Assembly: GCA_036785375.1 (NCBI GenBank)
Contig: JAWMAR010000061.1
Location: forward strand, 8,866,001-8,930,000
Reading direction: 5' to 3'
DNA length: 64,000 bases
DNA from: Leucoraja ocellata
Taxonomy: Eukaryota
Every line of letters begins with the position of its first letter. Position 1 is the first letter of the stretch. Positions 27,601 to 39,600 of the stretch are shown one piece after another. The position numbers and the translations under genes were made by a program. The notes below the pieces were generated by a model. That model was not told where the DNA came from and ran no database searches. It saw only the letters and a list, made by a program, of their open reading frames with translations.

Positions 27601-30600
27601 GTGGAATGAATATTCATGGTAAGGCCATGTCCTACTCTTCAAACAAAAACAAAATAATGGCCATATTTTCACAGTGGTGGGGATTGGCCAAGACTGGAAT
27701 CAAGTAAGTAGTGCCTCTGAGATGGAATCATGTTTCCACAAAAGAATTTCAGTAATAAACAAGCTCATTTTCTAAACGTATTAACCTTCTCTGGGACCAG
27801 ACTACAACAGTTGCAAAGGAGAGTCCGATCTTGTCACATCACCACCAGATGGCGGTGTCAGGCAGCGTCGCTCTTCCCACGAGTAACTGTGGTCACAACC
27901 TCAGCCCCACTGTGCACTGCCTACCACCTGCACCCCTTGTCACCCACCACCCACACCCCTTGTCACCTACCACCCACACCCCTTGTCACCCGCACCCCTT
28001 GTCACCCGCACCCCTTGTCACCCGCACCCCTTGTCACCCACCACCCGCACCCCTTGTCACCCACCACCCTCTCACCTACCACCCTCACCCCTTGTCACCC
28101 ACCACCCGCACCCCTTGTCACCCGCACCCCTTGTCACCTACCACCCTCACCCCTTGTCACCCACCACCCTCTCACCTACCACCTGCACCCCTTGTCACCT
28201 CCCACCCGCACCCCTTGTCACCCACCACCCTCTCACCTACCACCCACACCCACACCCCTTGTCACCTACACCCCTTGTCACCTCCCACCCACACCCCTTG
28301 TCACCTCCCACCCACACCCCTTGTCACCTCCCACCCGCACCCCTTGTCACCCACCACCCTCTCACCTACCACCCACACCCACACCCCTTGTCACCTACAC
28401 CCCTTGTCACCTCCCACCCACACCCCTTGTCACCTCCCACCCACACCCCTTGTCACCTCCCACCCGCACCCCTTGTCACCCACCACCCGCACCCCTTGTC
28501 ACCCACCACCCACACCCCTTGTCACCCACCACCCACACCCCTTGTCACCCACCACCCTCACCCCTTGTCACCTCCCACCCACACCCCTTGTCACCTCCCA
28601 CCACCCTCTCACCTACCACCACAATAAGCTGGGTTCCTAGCCTGTCCACTGTTATCAGCCACTAGGGAAGCGAGCCTGTTTGGTGAAGATGAGTATGAAC
28701 CTGATACTTCTCCTGATTTAATTGATCCCGATGATCATTGTTAAAGTGACACGATGAAGGAGCTCATAAGCAATAACTCCTGCACCTCCTCCAACCCCAT
28801 CTACTGCATCCGCTGTTCCAGGTGTCAAATTCTCTACATCGGCGAGACCAAGTGCAGGCTCGGAGATCGCTTTGCCCAACACCTCCTCTCAGTTCGCACT
28901 AACCAACCTGATCTCCCGGTGGCTCAGCACTTCAACTCCCCCTCCCATTCCAAATCTGACTTTTCTGTCCTGGGCCTCCTCCATTGCCAGAGTGAGGCCC
29001 AGCGCAAATTGGAGGAACAGCACCTCATATTTTGCTTGGGTAGTTTCCACCCCAGCAGTATGAACCTTGACTTCTAATTTCAGATAGTTCTTGCTTTCTC
29101 CGTCCTTCCCCTCCCCCTTCCCAGCTCTCCCACAAGCCTACTGTCTCCGCCTCCTTCCTCCCCCCCCCCCCCGCCGATGTCAGTCTGAAGAAGGGTCTCG
29201 ACCTGAAACGTCACCCATTCCTTCTATCCCGAAATGCTGCCTGTGCCGCTGAGTTACTCCAATATTTTGCGTCTATCTTCAGTTTAAACCAGCATCTGCA
29301 GTTCCTTCCAAAACCTTCCAACACAAAACCTGTGCCCTGGTACAGTGTCTTCAATACACTCAGGTGAGATAGAAAGGAAAATGTTAGCGGAGTGAGGGAG
29401 CTACAGTGTCTCAGTATCTACATGAGAAGTTGCCAGAATGAGGATTTGTGTCGCAGTGTGTTATTGGCAAAGGAAGATAGCAAACAATTCATTATTTATT
29501 GGTTTAATTGGAGACGCAAGGACTAAGAGAGGATTCAATTTAGCTTGTTAATTAATTAACCTTGATCAACAGACTGAAGTATAATTAATTAATGTTGATA
29601 AAATTCAGAGATAACGTGCTGGGAATATGAATGAGAGAGTTAGGTAATTACTTATTCGATTGACAAGGACACAAGAACTGCTCAGTGGGAATGTTAAAAG
29701 TGAAGCACAGTAGAAAATAAGGAATAGGAGCTGAACATTTTTAATTCTTCTATATGTTGATTGGCTTCTATCAGTAAAGGAATGTGTATAAATTCTCAAA
29801 TCACCCAAATTATGCCAGGAGGGGTAGGCAGGAGCCCCCTGTGGCAATTCCCCTCTCAAACAAATGACTAAAGGGGAAGTGCCAGCAGGCTAAAGAACAT
29901 TAAAGTGGATAAATCCCCAGGGCTGACCAAGTGCATCTTCAGACCTGGTTGAAAACTTCAACGCTCAGGAATAAAAAGCATTGCAAAAAGAGGTGAACAC
30001 TGCCCAGTCCATCACAGTACTGACCTCCCCACTATCGAAGGTCCATCACAGTACTGACCTCCCCACTATCGAAGGTCCATCACAGTACTGACCTCCCCAC
30101 TATCGAAGGTCCATTACAGTACTGACCTCCCCACCATCAAAGAGATCTACAGGAGGCACTGCCTAAAAAAGGCAGCCAGCATCATCAGAGACCTATACCA
30201 CCCTGGCTCAACTCTCATATCATTTGTGCCATTGGGAAAACATAGAAATTAAACATAGAAATTAGGTGCAGGAGTAGAGGCCATTCGGCCCTTCGAGCCT
30301 GCACCGCCATTCAATATGATCATGGCTGAGAAGAAGGTATAGGAGCCTGAAAATTGTAAAGTTCGGGTTTATGAGCAGCCTCTTCCCAACAACCAGAAGG
30401 CTATTAAACACTACAACTTCCAATTAAGCTCAGAAACACATAGACTAGGAGAGGCATCGTTTTTGTCTTGTTATTATTGAAACGTCACCCATTCTTTCTC
30501 TCCAGAGATTATGTCTGCCTCGCTGAGTTATTCCAGCATTTTGTGTCTAAAGAGTGTCATTGTTCCCTTGTGGGACACATGACAATAAAACACTCAACTC

Positions 30601-33600
30601 GTGACAAGTTGGGATAAGGGTATTTCTGTACAGTATAACTCAATGACATTCCAGTGGTGCATGACTCTATGACATGGGCTGTATTTTATGATATTCATAC
30701 AACATTAGAATTCTGAAATGAATATTTATATAATATAATTGAAATTAATGTAATGATTTATAATAACAAAGCACTTTATCAACCTATAAATTATTTTTAT
30801 AGTGTGGTCACTGTTGTATTCACTTGTCCACAATAAAATACTGCAAGACAGGACTCTCCAGCTGTTCTTCAAATAGTGCATTGAAATCTCTTCCATCTGA
30901 TGATTTGTATAAAGCTCAGTGCAACACTACCTCCATGATACACATATTGTCAGCATCATGGCATCCTTCAGTATGCTGTAGGGTTCAGGTCTAAACTGGC
31001 ACTTCGCCTGCTCATTAGTCAACATTACATAAGAATATTGGCTCCAATAATCAAATTAGTTGACAATAATCAAACCAAATGGAGAAGTAAAATCAAATGG
31101 CCAAGTCGAATACTTTGTTTCCAAAACTAAAACAAATCTTTGGATGCATATTACAGTGATATAAGCACAAGAAAGTACAGATCTTTTCCAAACTGCAGGA
31201 GACTGTCAGCCTCAAGATTGCATGCTGACTGGTACTGTTTAATTTATTGCCACCCTCAGGCCTTCCTCTATCATTTAAACAGGATGCAATTTAAAATGTT
31301 TCTTAAAGACTTTGAAAATAACTATAGGTTAGGAGTTTTGGTAATAAACTACTCTTAAACCAACCATTGATCCAAAGCAGATGTAGCTGATTAGATCCAT
31401 GTGGTGGTAACTATTTAATTAGAAAAAAATCCAAGCAAATAATTCTGACTTTCTCTGCTGCTAATTAGCAGTTTCTTTCTGAGTGGATCAGGGCAATCTG
31501 CAAGATGAGGCTATCTATTCACTCAACGTGAATCAGGGCAGCCTGCAAGATGAGGCTATCTGCTCACTCAACGTGAATCAGGGCAGCCTGCACGATGAGG
31601 CTATCTATTCACCCAACGTGAATCAGGGCAGCCTGCAGGATGAGGCTATCTATTCACCCAACGTGAATCAGGGCAGCCTGCAGGATGAGGCTATCTATTC
31701 ACCCAACGTGAATCAGGGCAATCTGCAAGATGAGGATATCTGCTCACTCAACGTGAATCAGGTCAGCCTGCAGGATGAGGATATCTATTCACTCAACATG
31801 AATCAGGGCAGCGTGCAAGATGAGGATATCTGCTCACTCAACGTGGTCCAGGACAATCTGCAAGATGAGGATATCTATTCACTCAACATGAATCAGGGCA
31901 GCGTGCACGATGAGGCTATCTATTCACTCAACGTGAATCAGGGCAATCTGCAGGATGAGGATATCTATTCACTCAACGTGAATCAGGGCAATCTGCAAGA
32001 TGAGGCTATCTATTCACTCAACGTGAATCAGGGCAGCCTGCAAGATGAGGCTATCTATTCACTCAACGTGAATCAGGTCAGCCTGCAAGATGAGGCTATC
32101 TATTCACTCAACGTGAATCAGGACAATCTGCAAGATGAGGCTATCTATTCACTCAACGTGAATCAGGACAATCTGCAAGATGAGGCTATCTATTCACTCA
32201 ACGTGAATCAGGGCAATCTGCACGATGAGGCTATCTGCTCACTCAATGTGAATCAGGGCAATCTGCAGGATGAGGCTATCTATTCACTCAACGTGAATCA
32301 GGGCAGCCTGCACGATGAGGCTATCTGCTCACTCAATGTGAATCAGGTCAGCCTGCAGGATGAGGCTATCTATTCACTCAACGTGAATCAGGTCAGCCTG
32401 CAAGATGAGGCTATCTATTCACTCAACGTGAATCAGGGCAGCCTGCAAGATGAGGCTATCTACTCACTCAACGTGAATCAGGGCAGCCTGCACGATGAGG
32501 CTATCTACTCACTCAATGTGAATCAGGTCAGCCTGCACGATGAGGCTATCTATTCACTCAACGTGAATCAGGGCAGCCTGCAAGATGAGGCTATCTGCTC
32601 ACTCAACGTGAATCAGGGCAATCTGCAGGATGAGGCTATCTACTCACTCAACGTGAATCAGGGCAATCTGCAAGATGAGGCTATCTATTCACTCAACGTG
32701 AATCAGGTCAGCCTGCAAGATGAGGCTATCTATTCACTCAACGTGAATCAGGACAATCTGCAAGATGAGGCTATCTATTCACTCAACGTGAATCAGGACA
32801 ATCTGCAAGATGAGGCTATCTATTCACTCAACGTGAATCAGGGCAATCTGCAAGATGAGGCTATCTATTCACTCAACGTGAATCAGGGCAGCCTGCAAGA
32901 TGAGGCTATCTATTCACTCAACGTGAATCAGGTCAGCCTGCAAGATGAGGCTATCTATTCACTCAACGTGAATCAGGACAATCTGCAAGATGAGGCTATC
33001 TATTCACTCAACGTGAATCAGGACAATCTGCAAGATGAGGCTATCTATTCACTCAACGTGAATCAGGGCAATCTGCACGATGAGGCTATCTGCTCACTCA
33101 ATGTGAATCAGGGCAATCTGCAGGATGAGGCTATCTATTCACTCAACGTGAATCAGGGCAGCCTGCACGATGAGGCTATCTGCTCACTCAATGTGAATCA
33201 GGTCAGCCTGCAGGATGAGGCTATCTATTCACTCAACGTGAATCAGGTCAGCCTGCAAGATGAGGCTATCTATTCACTCAACGTGAATCAGGGCAGCCTG
33301 CAAGATGAGGCTATCTACTCACTCAACGTGAATCAGGGCAGCCTGCACGATGAGGCTATCTACTCACTCAATGTGAATCAGGTCAGCCTGCACGATGAGG
33401 CTATCTACTCACTCAACGTGAATCAGGGCAGCCTGCACGATGAGGCTATCTACTCACTCAACGTGAATCAGGGCAATCTGCAAGATGAGGCTATCTGCTC
33501 ACTCAATGTGAATCAGGGCAGCCTGCACGATGAGGATATCTATTCACTCAATGGGCACAACTGGGTGCACAAGTGTTCAACTATTGGAACATTGCATTTT

Positions 33601-36600
33601 GTAATAACTAACAATTTATTATAAATATGATCCCTGTCTACAATAGCAGCACTCACTAACAATAAACTGAGTGGCTCAGCCCAGGGCTTGCGATCTATAA
33701 TAGCTACATTTTCCCAAATGTACATGGAGCTATTTATTTCATGCTCATTAGTTGTAGGAGCAAAATTTTAGGCCATTCGGCCCATCTAGTCTACTCTGCC
33801 ATTTAATCATGGCTGATTTATCTTTCCCTCTCAATCCCATTCTCCTGCCTTCTCCCCATAACCCTTAACTGCTGCAATAATCAAGAATTCATCAATCTCC
33901 ATCTTAAAAATATCCATTGACTTGGTCTCCACAGCCTTCAGTGCCACTGAATTCCACAGACTCACCACCCTCTGACTAAATAAATTGCTCATCTCCTTTC
34001 TAAAGGTAATTGCAATTTGTTATTTTTAACATAAATGTTAGAATCTGATTGAAAAAGATCAAAATAACATGTTAGAGGCTCCACTCCAACCTTCCCATTG
34101 GACCTTAACTTCATGTAAATTGGTCCAGTTATGAGAACACAAGGTAATGAATGAAGTAACACACAGCTAGATTGGAGATTGGACTTACGAGAAGTTGTTC
34201 ATTCAGAATGCTCTTCGTTCCTCCTTGGTTTACAAATATTTTCTTATTGTGGACCACGACTGGAGAGTGCTGGTGACTTTCCATAAAGATCAAAATGGGA
34301 AAAGTTCCCTCTGCTTTAATCTCTTCCACTTCAACTATAAAATTAAAGGAATCCCTTAAATGTCTGCTGTTGTCGTGGTAATAATTTACTTGGCCAGTGT
34401 TTATATCTTTCTGTGAGAAAGTCAAATTTGGTTCACCGTTCACGAGAATCTTTCCATGTTTAGGGGGATCTGTTACTTGATATTTTATTTCCGCTTCACT
34501 CCAAATGTCCATATTAGTCTCCACATTAAGAAAATAGCCATGGATATTTGACTCTTGTCCCTGCTGAATCAAAAATATGGAGTTATTGACTATTTCCAAG
34601 TAAGGTTCCAATGCATGAACTTCCAGTACAGCTTCAGTTTGATGAACACCATCAGAGACTTGTAGCCGGAAATTTCCTTGGTGCGCACCATGATGTTTAA
34701 ATAACACAAGCTTCTTTTCCATGTCGTCCTGACTGAAGCGGGAGAGTTCATGGGCAGTGTCATCTGCGGAGACAATATTACCATTGGAGATCCCCCACCT
34801 GGTGTAAATCAATTGGGAATCATCAAAATCTGAATCTGCATCATGAAAACAAAGTTCTGCTGTGGTTAGTAAGTGTTGTCCATGCAGGGTCACGTTAAAA
34901 GTCTTATTCACCACTCGTACAGGTGGCTGATCATTTATTGGTGTTATATAGATTTTCAATGTACCATGAATCACATTTGCCTCGGGTCCAGCATCTTCAA
35001 ACTGTTCCACAACAACAAAACTAATCTTGTCTTCCAGTGTTTCAGTGTCATCGTGCTCATACATCAACCGCTCTTGGAGAATATCATCATTGGTAAAGAT
35101 TGTGACAGGTTCCTTGGTGCTGGGCTGTGTGATCAGTTTTCCATGCTGAGGACCGTGGGTAATGTTATACACAAAAGCAGTGGTACTCTGGCCCACGGTG
35201 AGAAGTTGATCCTTAGTTATGGTTTGTGTACCTCCTTCCACCACAACCAATGCCCTACTCATCAAAATGGGCACATCAGGATCAATGCCAATTAATATTG
35301 GATAAGTATATATGGGAGAGTGCTGGTCTCCAACAAAGACCTGAAACTGGAAATTATCTTGGGTTTCTTCAGTGTTTCTGATAGTGGCCACATAAGTGAG
35401 CCCTTCTTGCTTTAAATCCTCCTGAGTAAAGCTGGACCCGGCTCTTAGTACCTCATCCACCACCATTAACTTTCCTTTATCAGGCGACTTTAGAATCACA
35501 TACCTGAACAGGTTAGCAGGAATTGAAAGTCCTTCTATTGCAGCCTCAAGTTCATTGTGTGTAATCTTTCCTCGTCTTACATTATTCAACTCATTCGGAG
35601 ATATTCTGAGCAGTGTTATTTTGGCGCTCTTTATTTTTATTAAAAATGCATTCTTTTCAAGAACTTGCTTTCCAATTGTCACTGAAAACATAAGTTTCTC
35701 AGTAATGTTTTCTGTACGAAACTCTGGATCTGTGCTGACGTATCGAATGCGACCCTGTTCTAGATCATGCTGATGGAATGCCCTTGCTGCTTTCCATTCC
35801 CCAGTAATATCCGGTTTCTGGACCTCACCATAACGTAATGGCTCAGTAATGTTATACAAGACATCCACCTTCTGCTTGAATGCTTTTGTCTCCACGGACA
35901 GATTGCTGATGGTGATCAGACTCATACCTCCTTGTGGGAGAATTAAACCAGTGTTCTTACCCATTTTTACTTCAGGTTTCAGGGCCACAATTCTCAAGGG
36001 AGTTACATCACTTACTCTTTCTCCGTCATTGACCTGAAGCAACAATTGGGACAATTTCGCCCCATTGTGAACATAGCGTACATTTCCTGCTTTAAGATTC
36101 TGACATGAAAATTCTCTAATTCTCTGATTGGGATTTCTTACATCTTCAACATAGCCTTGATCTTCGCTATTAACTACAATGATCTTTAATTCAGCACAAA
36201 CATTGTCGGCATCTATGGGTAGAATGACATCTGGACTAAGGGTTTTCCTGGTATTTTGAAGAATCATCATAAGATTCCCATTTGGGAAGATTAGTTCTGG
36301 CGCATCATCGACTGGGACGATGTTTACATTTAAAATATACCGTTGACCCTGCTTTAAACAATGAGGGATCTTTTGCTTGCTATGAATGGATACTTCAAAG
36401 ATTATCTGATCAAGTAACTCTTCAGATCCGTCATGATAATATTTAATATGGTGACTGATCACGTCCAACAAAGTAAATGCTCTTCTACTTTTTGCACCTG
36501 GGATATTTAGTTCCAAATGTCCGTGTCTACCATCCTGAGTTATCTTGAAAACTACCTGGGAATTTCTTATTCCAATTCTGTGCAGATCAATTGTGGGGTT

Positions 36601-39600
36601 GATGTGTTTCAGCTCCAAGGTGGAACTTCCTGCTTCCTTTACAGCTAATTGTGTCAGATCTAATAGTCTTGTAAAATTATTGAATATTTGCGACATGTTT
36701 TTTGTGATCAAACATGGTGGGTTGTTCATTAGAATGCCCCTAAAACTTTGCATGGGTACAGGTGAAACCTCACGTTCTAGCCCGTTTTCACCTTCTTCCA
36801 TCCCCTGGCTCTCTTGGTCATTGCATTCAGTGCCAATAGCCCTAGTGACTAATGCATTGGACAAGCTTATTTGATCTGAGTTTATTTGTATATTCTGAAT
36901 ACAACCGATGAATGAGCCAGATATTGTTCTTTCTGCCAACACATAGGTGGGACCATGTTTAATTAATTCAGAAGATGTTTTGTTGTTTATTCCACCAATG
37001 AAGAGATGCCCTTGGAGACCCAGATATGCCTTCTTATTGTTAATTAGTTGCTTCTGAGATAATTTATCATCTACTGTAATTTGTACATAATTTATATTGA
37101 AAACCAGGTGAACACTGTGCCATTTTCCATCACTAACAAAATGAGTATTGTCCAGTACAATAATTCCATTTCCATCATCAATTAAGACACGAAGATGACC
37201 ATCTGCAATTTCTAAGGCAATAAAATTTGTCTGCCATCCCGCATGGTAAAGTAGAGGAGCCTGCAAAACCAGCGTCTTCAGAGAACACTCAAACCTTCTT
37301 TCTTCTTTTGTAGACCAGCTTGGAAAGGAAATAAAGGATCTTGGACCTAGAAAGTTAGCAGGATAATTGTGCCCTGCTGTGATTACATTGCTACATCCAT
37401 GGTCTATGTTATGCTCAGGATAGGCGAGGAATGAGGATAAGATGTTACGATCATTAAACTCTGCCCTGGAAATACAACCTCTGAACATGGTGGATGTCCT
37501 TGATGCATCAGGGATCTTTGCCTCTCCAGGTCCACCCAAATACAAGCCAGAATTAACTTGCAGTTTATTAAAATAGTCAGGCACTTCTACAGCAGTGGTG
37601 AAGTGTCCATCGATACTCAAGGTTAAAGCCCTGTTCTCATGAACAAGATGAACATCATGCCAGGCAAGATTGTGAAGTTTCAGACCTGTCCGAGAAATCA
37701 AAACCACTTCTTTAGATCCAAGTTGAAATTTCACCTGAAAAACAAAAAAAGTCCTGAATTACTTTTAATGGAAATTGGTAGCAATGTGAATGCTCTGTTC
37801 CACCAGAGTGTGTATCCCCTGAAGTTACAGTTGTGCAGTGGAGTGGACAGAAGCTACAGGGAGTCACCAGCACACGGAATGGATAGTTCAAGAGAGAGAG
37901 TTCCAAATATGAGTGGTTAGTGTTGGTCGGAAAAACAGAGACGGGCCTAAAATGAAAGAAATGGTTAAGGATTGGTGAAATCCCATTAGTTCAAGTGTAC
38001 TGATGTTCAAGTGACTACACATGGGCCTCCACTAAGCCAGTTATTTTGCACTGAGTATCTCAGTTTCAGTAGCATTTGTTCAATACACATACAATAAAAT
38101 GTTGATAATCTGCTATCTGGCCATTTGGAAATCTGGATGGTTTGAATTCTGGCTCTTTGGGTAATGTCTGCCACACTCCCTTCCACCCACTGGCTTCCAC
38201 GTTCCCTTCCACTCTCCAGGGCCCCAAACGCCCCTGCTCCCTTCCCCTGTGTGTGGTCCTGACTCCCATTCAACATACTGAAGCCTCCTTTCCCATGTTC
38301 CCTCTAAATGTACTCTGGAAAATTGATCATAATAGCATGTAACATCTAAATAAAAGTACATTTTTAAATGTTTAGGTAGACAAAAATGCTGGAGAAATTC
38401 AGCAGGTGAGGCAGCATCTATGGAGTGAAGGAAATAGGCAACGTTTCGGGCTGAAACCCTTCTTCAGACTGATGTGAGGGTGGTGGGGATGGGGGGGAGG
38501 GGGGTGGCGGGAAGAAGAAAGGAAGGGGAGGAGCCAGTGGGCTGAGGGAGAGCTGAGGAGAAAGTAAAGACTACAGGAAATTAGAGAAGTCAATGTTCAT
38601 ACCGCTGGGGTGCAAACTGCCCAAGCGAAATATGAGGTGCTGCCCCTCCAATTTATGGTGGTCCTCACTCTGGCCATGGAGGCTGAGGACAGAAAGGTCG
38701 GATTTGGAATGGGGAGTTGAAGTGCTGAGCCACCGGGAGATCAGGTTGGTTATTGTGAACCAAGCGGAGGTGTTCGGCGAAGCGATTGTCAAGCCTACGC
38801 TTGGTCTCACCGATGTAGAGCAGCTGACATTGAGAGCAGCGGATGCTATAGATGAGGTTAGAGGAGGTGCAGGTGAACCTCTGCCACACCTGGAAAGACT
38901 GCTTGGGTTCTTGAATGGAGTCAAGGGGGGAGGTAAAGCGACAAGTGTAGCATTTCTTGCGGTTGCAAGGGAAAGTGCCTGGAGAGGGGGTGGTTCGGGT
39001 GGGAAGGGACAAATTGACCAGGGAGTTATGGAGAGAGCGGTCTCTGCGGAAAGCAGACAGGGAAGGAGATGGGAAGATGTGGCAAGTGGTGGGATCACGT
39101 TGGAGGTGGCGAAAATGAAGGAGGATTATTTGTTGTAAGTGACGGCTGGTAGGGTGGAAGGTGAGGACAAGGGGGACTCTGCCCTTGTTACGAGTAGGGG
39201 GATGGGGAGTGAGAGTAGAGTCACGGGGTATATAAGAGACCCTGGTGCAAGCCTCATCTGTGGTGGAGGAGGGGAACCCCCGTTCCCTGAAGAATGAGGA
39301 CATCTCCGATGCCCTGGTGTGGAACGCCTCATCCTGGGTGCAGATGCGGCGAAGACAGAGGAATTGGGAGTAGGGGATGGAGTCCTTACAGGAAACAGGG
39401 TGGGAAGAAGTGTAGTCCAGATAGCCATGGGAGTCAGTGGGTTTATAGTGGATGTCGGTCAGGAGTTCATCACCTGCGATGGAGATAGTGAGATCAAGAA
39501 ATGGTAGGGAGATGTCGGAAATTGTCCAGGTGTATTTGAGTGCCGGATGAAAGTTAGTGGTGAAATGGATGAATTCAGTGAGTTGTGTGTGGGTGCAGGA

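Noticed and set aside
27730-28665. Pro/His/Thr-rich extensin-like ORFs
   Set aside because: C-rich minisatellite open in all three plus frames.
12417-33552. Tandem arrays as CRISPR arrays
   Set aside because: No unique spacers, no cas genes, vertebrate intronic context.
31483-33624. 713-aa plus-strand ORF as a protein-coding gene
   Set aside because: Entirely a 45-bp tandem repeat, GTG start, no unique domain, antisense within a cspg4 intron.
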